Source of the DNA: a virus
Taxonomy: Duplodnaviria; Caudoviricetes
Length of the DNA: 64,000 nt
Virus record (IMG/VR): IMGVR_UViG_3300032132_000748
Direction: 5' to 3' (one strand)
Made by a program: the position numbers and the translations under genes. Within the stretch, counting starts at the first letter, position 1, and every line of letters begins with the position of its first letter. Shown here piece by piece: positions 57,283-64,000 of the stretch. The notes under the pieces were generated by a model. The model was given only the letters and a program-made list of their open reading frames with translations, had not been told where the DNA came from and did not search any database.

Positions 57283-57956
57283 TGATTGATTTTAATATAG
57301 GTGATAAAGCCGTTTTTGAGCAAAAAACTATAGAGCTTTCGGTAAATGTAAAACCTGGACTTTCGGAAACTTGCCAACAAAAATTAGGTGAAGCAGTCTT
57401 CTGCTTGGAAAAAATTGCTTGGAGTTATAGTGTAGATTCTGCCAATGCCGGAGACTATGGTTGGCCGAAAACTCCGCAACGAATAACTTTGGCTGACGTC
57501 TTTTCTGATAAAACAGGAAGCCCCCATACTTTTTTACCACCTAAACTACTCAGGAGCATAGACGTTCACGTAGCCAATCCTGCAGGTATTACGGTTATTA
57601 CAAAATTAGTATTAGAGGGAACCCTGGTTACCCCAAAAGTGGGCGAGGTGTTGCCATCAGATGAAGAAATACTAAGTTACGTATCGCTCGACCCCTCACA
57701 AAGAGGGTTGCTTGCTTTAAACGGTGCAATGTTATTCCAAATGAATCAACAGTATGCGGCCCTTGTGGGTAGTGAAAAAAGAGCCCTGCCAACAGAGGAA
57801 CCCAAAGCCCTTTCGACAGATTCCTTGGATGACGATATTTTAAAGTCTTTGTTAATTGGAGATTTAGTGACCTGCGGACTAAGCAAACCCCTAGAGTCGG
57901 ATACTTTACAACAAATAGCAGAAGGACTTTTAGCTAAGGGCTGGAAACGAGGATAG
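57273..57956 (+). CDS. hypothetical protein, paralogue of 31705..32538 (start may be 57282)
   Basis: QKTIEL, QRGLLAL, IAEGLLAKGWKR. Confidence 0.75.
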   Translation: MLLMIDFNIGDKAVFEQKTIELSVNVKPGLSETCQQKLGEAVFCLEKIAWSYSVDSANAGDYGWPKTPQRITLADVFSDKTGSPHTFLPPKLLRSIDVHVANPAGITVITKLVLEGTLVTPKVGEVLPSDEEILSYVSLDPSQRGLLALNGAMLFQMNQQYAALVGSEKRALPTEEPKALSTDSLDDDILKSLLIGDLVTCGLSKPLESDTLQQIAEGLLAKGWKRG

Positions 57957-57961
57957 TCTTA

Positions 57962-58363
57962 GTGAACAGAATAGAGAGGGGTAAGAAGTCCGCACTAAAG
58001 GCGGCCCAGAGATCATCTTTTTACGCCCACAGGGTGGGCGCTGCTCTTTTCCTCGGTGCTAGGCTTGTTTCTATCGGCTGGAATCAACATAAAACCCACC
58101 CTGAATGTAATTGCTATACGCAACACGCAGAATTTGCAGCCATATGTCGTTCTAGAAAAAAACTACCTGAGTTAAGTAAAGTAACTCTATACGTAGCACG
58201 ACTAACCAGAACAGATAGAGTGAGCTACTCCAGGCCATGCCCTCATTGCCAAAGAGCTTTACTAGAATCAGGAATAACCAAAGTTTACTACACTGACTAT
58301 GATGGAGAGATGTCTCTTCTAGTATTTGATGATGTTTTAGACCAAGTAGGATTACAAGTATGA
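57962..58363 (+). CDS. cytidine/dCMP deaminase family protein
   Basis: VGAAL, IGWN, HAE, RPCPHC, GITKVYY. Confidence 0.88.
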   Translation: MNRIERGKKSALKAAQRSSFYAHRVGAALFLGARLVSIGWNQHKTHPECNCYTQHAEFAAICRSRKKLPELSKVTLYVARLTRTDRVSYSRPCPHCQRALLESGITKVYYTDYDGEMSLLVFDDVLDQVGLQV

Positions 58364-58539
58364 AAGATAAAGATGAATCTCCGTTTAAAGAAACACGTAA
58401 ATACTTAGGGTCATGGTTCACAGAATCTGCGGATAAGCTTAAAAAAGCCGCGTCTTCTTTTGTAAAAGAAACTAAAGCTATCATTGACGAGGCTCGAAAA
58501 GAATTTGAAGAATCCAAAAAAGACAAAAAAACACCTTAG
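58360..58539 (+). CDS. 59-aa helical protein missed by the ORF track
   Basis: ATGA coupling to the deaminase; MKDKDESPFKETRKYLGSWF...DKKTP. Confidence 0.55.
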   Translation: MKDKDESPFKETRKYLGSWFTESADKLKKAASSFVKETKAIIDEARKEFEESKKDKKTP

Positions 58540-58801
58540 TGAATCTCAGATCGAGAAAGCCGTTGCAGATCAAATCCAACAACGAGGTTTGCAAGTTAGT
58601 CAAATCACACTGAAAGACGGTTTGATAAAGGTAGGTATTCTAGTAGAGACTACTCAAGTATCGATTTCAGCCCGTTTTACAGCCCCTCGCCGCAAGCGAA
58701 GTTTTCCTGAAGTATCGATCCTCCCAAACCCCTACGCCTATTTTCTGGAGAAGCTCGTTAAAGATTCTATATATCAAGCGTTGCTGAATATAAATCTTTA
58801 A
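58484..58801 (+). CDS. hypothetical protein
   Basis: fills the gap; start uncertain. Confidence 0.5.
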   Translation: MTRLEKNLKNPKKTKKHLSESQIEKAVADQIQQRGLQVSQITLKDGLIKVGILVETTQVSISARFTAPRRKRSFPEVSILPNPYAYFLEKLVKDSIYQALLNINL

Positions 58802-58843
58802 ATATGCTTGCACAGAATTAGAGAATGTTGTAAGATTCCATTT

Positions 58844-59047
58844 ATGTCCCTAAACTTGGAAGATATAAAAATTATTTGCCCAGACTGCCTCGGAGAAGAT
58901 TTTCTTGCAAGATGTACAACTTGTCAGGGGGTGGGTCTTATAGTTTACGCAAGTGTTGTTCTCGCGTTAGAGGACGTTGGTAAGAAAAAACAATGTCCGG
59001 TTAGGCACGAAACTTCCCAGAGAGAGTTTCCCATGCTATTATCATAG
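58844..59047 (+). CDS. small zinc-finger protein (start revised to MSLN)
   Basis: CPDCLG..CTTCQGVG; TTGCAC-17-TAAGAT-7-ATG. Confidence 0.55.
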   Translation: MSLNLEDIKIICPDCLGEDFLARCTTCQGVGLIVYASVVLALEDVGKKKQCPVRHETSQREFPMLLS

Positions 59048-59372
59048 CTGCTCCGCCGACTACACAGTACCAGTTTTTCTTTAATTTATCGGTTAGTGTT
59101 CCTTGGGATCCTCTGTATTTCCAAACCGCAGCAAGGGTCCCTATAGTCATCAATGCTCCTGCAGCACCACCTATTAAGGTAGTTCCTGTTCCATCAAAAG
59201 CACCGTAGCCGCTATAGATGGAGCGAGGATTAGCCGGAGTTACTAATCGTTTTTCCTCCGCTTCTGCTTCTGCTTCACTAAAACCATATCTCCAAAGACC
59301 TATTTGGCCATCAAAGGGATTTATTACCGCGCTTCCTAGGCGCTGTTGTGTGTTTCCTAAGGTTGTATACAT
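59001..59372 (-). CDS. LG/FDG-motif membrane protein
   Basis: TLG..RLGS..FDG..YSGYGAFDG; two hydrophobic segments. Confidence 0.65.
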   Translation of the reverse strand: MYTTLGNTQQRLGSAVINPFDGQIGLWRYGFSEAEAEAEEKRLVTPANPRSIYSGYGAFDGTGTTLIGGAAGALMTIGTLAAVWKYRGSQGTLTDKLKKNWYCVVGGAAMIIAWETLSGKFRA

Positions 59373-60211
59373 TATGGAACTATCCTCTCTACGCGTTCTT
59401 TGGCGCTAGTTATAGCCTCTTTTGCCGCAGTTATTTGTTGATTTTTAAGGGTTATTACGAGCCCGATTACTAAAAATATAGCAAGCCACTTGTTTTTCAT
59501 AAATACGAGTAGCCCAAGACTCGCTATTCCGAGAAATGGGTTTGTTATGTTTCGCTCGTCAAGCCCGGTTATTATTCTTTGACCTACGGGCTTTGCCTCC
59601 TCAAAAGCTTCAGAACCCACTCGTTTAACTTGACCTCCTCTGCGAAGGCTTTCATCTAAGAGGGGTCTGGGAAGCTCTCTGGCAACCTCAAAAGCCTGCC
59701 CTCCAGGTCTAGATAGTCTTTGAGTGGTGGCCAAGAACTCTTGGGCAGATTCAGCGTTAATACGCCGCCTAAAGCTTCCTACATTTTCTGCATCAGCTTC
59801 GGCTTGAGTAAGTTGAACTGCGTTAGCTACTATCAAAGCTCTAGCGCGATCAGTTATATTTCTATGGCTTAGATAGTCTCGGAAGTCTTTACGATCTTTC
59901 ACAAGATTAAGATAACTGGCTGTAACTCCGTGACGGGAATCTTCCCATTTGCGGATTTGACCTAGTTTCGCTATAAGATCTTTAGCACCACGAACAATTG
60001 ATATTGGTGCTGCAGCGCTCGATTCCAGAGCGTCTAACTCATCTGAAAGATCGGCTTTTGCTGTTTCTATTTTCGCACTAGTGGCGACCCATATGAGTCT
60101 TGCGATGACTACCAGTGCAAGAACCCCTGATACGCCAACCTTAACAAAAGGTTTGCCGCGCACAGGGGCTTCTTTGTCACTATCTGGGTTTGCCCGTATG
60201 GCTGATATCAT
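59372..60211 (-). CDS. membrane protein (N-terminal TM, helical domain, C-terminal hairpin)
   Basis: TATCAT-6nt-ATG; three hydrophobic segments. Confidence 0.65.
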   Translation of the reverse strand: MISAIRANPDSDKEAPVRGKPFVKVGVSGVLALVVIARLIWVATSAKIETAKADLSDELDALESSAAAPISIVRGAKDLIAKLGQIRKWEDSRHGVTASYLNLVKDRKDFRDYLSHRNITDRARALIVANAVQLTQAEADAENVGSFRRRINAESAQEFLATTQRLSRPGGQAFEVARELPRPLLDESLRRGGQVKRVGSEAFEEAKPVGQRIITGLDERNITNPFLGIASLGLLVFMKNKWLAIFLVIGLVITLKNQQITAAKEAITSAKERVERIVP

Positions 60212-60251
60212 GTTTAAATGATAACATATTTGGGCAAGAAAGGCTAAGCTT

Positions 60252-61037
60252 CTAAGTTAGCCCCACCTTTCCACAGCTATTCGAAAGAGGACATAGATTA
60301 CATCTAGGATTTTTGCTAAGACAGACAGTTTTAGCTAAACTCACTAGTTTTTTATGTTTTCTTACTGTCCGGTGAATTCCCATAAATTGATTGTATTTCT
60401 TAACCCTAGCACGACCTAGATCCGCCTTTTCCACTACGCCTAGACGAAGCAAAATGCGATCCATGTAAGGATCGTAAGGCGCTTGTTTTGTCATACCAAG
60501 CAAGTATTTAACATACTTAATAGCAAAATCCGGTAAAACTTGTTCATCTACCCGACGCAGTTTTCTCCGATTAAAGATAGAATAGCCGGGCCGGAAAGGC
60601 GAAGTTGATTCGCCCATAGCGCCAGGAGTACCGGAAAGTTGTTTAAGGTAGCGACCTATTTCTTTTGGTTCATTACTTTGTTCAATTTTACTTAGATTAT
60701 CCGTAAAAATAGTGTCATAGGCATTTTGTAAGAAATCCTTAATTGTTACAGCCAACTCCCAAGTATTGGCTTTACCCCCAGAAGCTATTAAGGTATTTCG
60801 TATATCCCTTAAGGATGACGCCCGAACTTCACTCCAACCAGCATAGAGATTACCCTCTATTCCCGTAAAAGTTCTTATTGCTTTTCGTGCAACAGCGGGC
60901 ATTTCGTAATAACTAATTAGATAATGTATCAATCTGTCTGTAGCAGTTGGCTTTCTTTTCCTCTCTTCCGAAGTCCAAAAGACTTTCTGATTAGCAAATA
61001 CTTTATCAAGCGCGGGCCATAGGGTATCGACTTGCAT
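60252..61037 (-). CDS. endonuclease III (HhH-GPD)-like protein with 4Fe-4S motif, divergent
   Basis: WSEVRAS, PYD...RILLRLG, C-x6-C-x2-C-x5-C. Confidence 0.7.
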   Translation of the reverse strand: MQVDTLWPALDKVFANQKVFWTSEERKRKPTATDRLIHYLISYYEMPAVARKAIRTFTGIEGNLYAGWSEVRASSLRDIRNTLIASGGKANTWELAVTIKDFLQNAYDTIFTDNLSKIEQSNEPKEIGRYLKQLSGTPGAMGESTSPFRPGYSIFNRRKLRRVDEQVLPDFAIKYVKYLLGMTKQAPYDPYMDRILLRLGVVEKADLGRARVKKYNQFMGIHRTVRKHKKLVSLAKTVCLSKNPRCNLCPLSNSCGKVGLT

Positions 61038-61146
61038 GTTTTACCTCGTTAAGATGGGGCTACTGTAGCATTTAGAGAAATGGACGCAAGTCTCATTTCT
61101 TAGGTTATCTACTTGACTAGTGTCAGTTTTGGTATACACTTTTATA

Positions 61147-61518
61147 GTGAAGATGTGCAAAGAACGAACGTTTCAAAAGAAAATTACCGTCCAAAATTTT
61201 CAAATACTTAAGAAAACTAATTTAAAAGATGCGGGTAAGCCTAATTTCGGTCGAAAATTACGTGAAATCGCAGAAGTCATAGTAGAAATCTATTACAACC
61301 CTAAAGGTTACTGCATCGACGTTTGTGAAATCGCACCCCTACATCTATGGGATTTCGATCAGTATTGCAAGCTTCAAGGCATTTCGGATGAATTCCCAGA
61401 AGGAGATTTACCAGAGTTGAATTTCAATACGATGAAAAGCGCAATGCATTTTGTAACTAAGAGGTTTAAGGAATTTGGATGGAGCCCGGAAGGAAATTGG
61501 ACTCTTTCTAATTATTGA
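61147..61518 (+). CDS. hypothetical protein (start revised)
   Basis: TTGACT-16-TACACT-6-GTG. Confidence 0.55.
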   Translation: MKMCKERTFQKKITVQNFQILKKTNLKDAGKPNFGRKLREIAEVIVEIYYNPKGYCIDVCEIAPLHLWDFDQYCKLQGISDEFPEGDLPELNFNTMKSAMHFVTKRFKEFGWSPEGNWTLSNY

Positions 61519-61548
61519 ATTTTCTGGTGAATTGGATACCATAGACGT

Positions 61549-61863
61549 ATGAACGTTACCGAAAAAGCACAAACTAAAATAGAGCAATTCCTGAAAACCG
61601 AAGGGGCTCTCTTTTTCCGCACTAAGGTAACAACTGGTGGTTGTAGTGGATTTAGTTATGAATTCTTAGTCGAGAAAGATTCTTCTGACGATGATGAAGT
61701 CACAAAACTAGCCTACGGCTCCCTGTTAATTGATGCCCAAAGCAAAACTTTTCTTAATGATACTACACTGGATTATGTAGATGAGATAGGACAGTCAGGC
61801 TTTATAGTTATAAATCCAGATGTTAAAAGCGTATGTGGATGCGGGATAAGTTTTGATATCTAA
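61549..61863 (+). CDS. A-type Fe-S carrier (second copy)
   Basis: GGCSGFSY, NPDVKSVCGCGISF. Confidence 0.92.
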   Translation: MNVTEKAQTKIEQFLKTEGALFFRTKVTTGGCSGFSYEFLVEKDSSDDDEVTKLAYGSLLIDAQSKTFLNDTTLDYVDEIGQSGFIVINPDVKSVCGCGISFDI

Positions 61864-62314
61864 TTTTAATGAAACAGAAATTGCCCCCGGTGTTCTTTTC
61901 CGAGGAGGAAAGGATGGATTTAAGCTCTGTCTTGTAGACGAGGAGAGCGACGAGGTCATTGAGTGGGATTATCAAGAAGTTTGCGGGGATCCCACTGCTT
62001 GGCTGAGTAGCATGCAAGCAGTAGCTACTGCTGTCCAGTTTGGACCCAGTGCCGCTAAAAACGCTGCACGTATGCTCAGATCTGATGTTACGCCACCAAG
62101 CGGCACCTTATGCTGCAACGTATGTTCTACCAAATTTGTTGTAGGGAGGGCACATCCATTTGTTTTCTCGGCAACACTCAACGGTCGAAACTATTTAGAG
62201 TTTCAATGCAGTCCTGAGTGTAATGAACAGAGAAAAAAAGCCGTTTATGAAACAGAACTTGGCGATGCATTTATGAATCTCTGGACAAACAAAGTCTGTA
62301 AGACTAAATCTTGA
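61853..62314 (+). CDS. hypothetical zinc-binding protein
   Basis: CNVC...CSPEC. Confidence 0.6.
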   Translation: MISNFNETEIAPGVLFRGGKDGFKLCLVDEESDEVIEWDYQEVCGDPTAWLSSMQAVATAVQFGPSAAKNAARMLRSDVTPPSGTLCCNVCSTKFVVGRAHPFVFSATLNGRNYLEFQCSPECNEQRKKAVYETELGDAFMNLWTNKVCKTKS

Positions 62315-62374
62315 ACCTCCGCCCAGTTGTGGTATGGTATTTCACAGCTTAAACTGAACTAAGGATCATAAAAT

Positions 62375-62902
62375 ATGAAATGCCCTACCTGCGGTACCGA
62401 TGGATTTTATCAGGGGATGTTTGACGCAGACTGTCAGAACCCGAAATGTCGCCACTTTAATACCAAAAATACAGCACCTTCTGCGCCTACGCCGAACCCG
62501 TTCATACCTACTAAACAGCCCCCAACACAGACGGGCGGCCAACCTGCAGTTTCTGCTCCGCTACCGCACGGGATCGCTGCTCCGGCTCCCATACCTGGCG
62601 GTGGGCTTGCAGTTAAAACCCTAACTGTTAAGATTCTTACAGAAACGCCGAAACTCAACAGTGTTGAAATTGAATTTCAAGCTGATGGCGATCCTGGTTT
62701 CCCCGATAAAAAAGTTCAATTTACATTTGAGATTCCCGGAGTAACACCTAAAACCTTATGCACGTTGTCTAGTAGGCAAACTCATATGGTAATAGGTATT
62801 GATGCAAATGGGACAAATGTCTACACAACACATTGGAAATGCGCCCAGGACGGCGTAGCTCCTACAGATAAGTGGAAATTAGAAGCTACTATACTCCCTT
62901 AA
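62375..62902 (+). CDS. zinc ribbon + Pro-rich linker + beta domain protein
   Basis: MKCPTCG...CQNPKC; Pro-rich stretch. Confidence 0.65.
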   Translation: MKCPTCGTDGFYQGMFDADCQNPKCRHFNTKNTAPSAPTPNPFIPTKQPPTQTGGQPAVSAPLPHGIAAPAPIPGGGLAVKTLTVKILTETPKLNSVEIEFQADGDPGFPDKKVQFTFEIPGVTPKTLCTLSSRQTHMVIGIDANGTNVYTTHWKCAQDGVAPTDKWKLEATILP

Positions 62903-62911
62903 CGAGAAATA

Positions 62912-64000
62912 ATGATTACTGCCGAATATATATGGATTGATGGGTCAAAACCCACTAGAAAATTACGATCAAAGACAAAGATTCTCCAAGATGCTACTTG
63001 GAGTATAGACGCGGGTGGGAAGCCCCCTGCTTTGGATGACAAAGTCGAGTCTGCTGCGCCAAAGCACTATAAATTACCTGAATGGGGTTTTGATGGATCA
63101 AGTACAGATCAGGCGACTGGAATAAATTCGGATTGTATACTGAAGCCCGTTAGAGCAATAAGAGATCCTTTTAGAAATAACAGCTATAAGTTCCCTGGTT
63201 CTAATCATCTATTAGTGCTGTGCGAAGTTTTTGATTCAAACGGTAATCCCCATGAAACAAATACAAGAAGACAGGTAGCTGAACTAGCTGAAAAGTATGC
63301 AGATCAGAAGTGGCTGTTTGGTATGGAACAAGAATATACTCTCTATTCCAAAGGTATTCCTCTTGGATGGCCCGAACGCGGGCCTGCACAGCCACAAGGT
63401 ATGTATTATTGTGGGGTCGGGACGGACGAAGTATCTGGGTATGAGCTGGTAGAGGATCATCTCGCAGCGTGTATACATTCTTCCCTTCCTATATCCGGGA
63501 GAAACGCCGAAGTAATGCCAGGGCAGTGGGAATTCCAAGTTGGTCCTGCTGGACCGTTAGAAGTTTCCGATTATCTCTGGTTGGCTCGTTACCTACTCTA
63601 TACTGCAGGTATTAAATATAGGGTCACCGTTAAATTAGACCAGAAACCTCTTGCAGGAGATTGGAATGGCGCAGGACTACATACAAATTTCAGTACTTTT
63701 GAGATGAGAAGTAATGGGGGTCTTGAAGCCTGCGAGCTTGCAGCCAAAGCCCTAGGAGAAAGCTTTACTAGCGAAGGATTCCCCAAAATATACGGAGAAG
63801 GCTTTAAGGATCGCTTAACGGGTAAGCATGAAACATGTTCCTGGGAAGAATACAGATACGGAGATGCAGATAGAACTGCCTCAGTAAGAATTCCGCTTCA
63901 CGTAGGTCGGGCCAAAAAAGGCTACATCGAAGATCGTAGACCAGGTGCTTGTGCTGATCCCTATGAAATTGTTAGCTACCTAATGGATACTTGTGCATAA
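62912..64000 (+). CDS. glnII: glutamine synthetase type II
   Basis: AEYIWIDG, LRSKTK, WGFDGSST, FGMEQEY, NAEVMPGQWEFQVGP, DWNGAGLHTNFST, RLTGKHET, EDRRP. Confidence 0.95.
   Translation: MITAEYIWIDGSKPTRKLRSKTKILQDATWSIDAGGKPPALDDKVESAAPKHYKLPEWGFDGSSTDQATGINSDCILKPVRAIRDPFRNNSYKFPGSNHLLVLCEVFDSNGNPHETNTRRQVAELAEKYADQKWLFGMEQEYTLYSKGIPLGWPERGPAQPQGMYYCGVGTDEVSGYELVEDHLAACIHSSLPISGRNAEVMPGQWEFQVGPAGPLEVSDYLWLARYLLYTAGIKYRVTVKLDQKPLAGDWNGAGLHTNFSTFEMRSNGGLEACELAAKALGESFTSEGFPKIYGEGFKDRLTGKHETCSWEEYRYGDADRTASVRIPLHVGRAKKGYIEDRRPGACADPYEIVSYLMDTCA

Noticed and set aside
1-64000. Genome-wide stop-codon reassignment (prompted by the TGA at 1336 and by TGAs at 16141 and 40176 being in frame with the next gene)
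   Set aside because: Conserved genes are intact in code 11, ATGA stop/start overlaps occur (24390, 38353, 54981, 58360), TAG ends conserved genes such as phoH, and the downstream genes have their own -10/SD signals.
1-64000. Ordinary bacterial chromosome segment
   Set aside because: dnaN, infC, groES/groEL, grpE and def all lack their usual operon neighbours and sit among a majority of orphan ORFs. A reduced or unusual cellular genome or a megaplasmid cannot be fully excluded without the rest of the contig.

Overview
AT-rich, densely coded 64 kb fragment read in the standard bacterial code. It looks like part of a very large bacteriophage or phage-like element rather than a cellular chromosome. 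Isolated host-like genes (sliding clamp, DinG, RuvC-like nuclease, 5'-3' exonuclease, thymidine kinase, GMP reductase/IMPDH, GroEL/GroES, two DnaJ, GrpE, IF-3, peptide deformylase, tmRNA, PhoH, two A-type Fe-S carriers, GSII, glycosyltransferases, an LL-H-type holin) are scattered among many orphan ORFs with no cellular operon structure. No capsid, terminase or portal gene is recognisable in this window, so the phage call is an inference. Several genes suggest a Planctomycetota host (from recall, unverified). Main observations: (1) about 28 genes have a sigma70-type -10 hexamer 6-7 nt before the start codon, implying mostly leaderless expression next to an element-encoded IF-3. (2) A dispersed family of about 15 orphan proteins shares Gly/aromatic motifs (RPGF, RLGSFE, FGxFG, LSGWFF), usually with a C-terminal TM anchor, and may be an undescribed targeting or maturation system for membrane-associated virion proteins. 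(3) There is a tandem trio of two-Cys membrane paralogues. (4) The 451-nt tmRNA carries an unusual 28-residue tag ending AVAVAV. (5) A Prok-E2-like protein carries a 31-Cys insert. (6) Several enzymes appear catalytically degenerate. All product calls come from motif recognition by eye; no database search was run.
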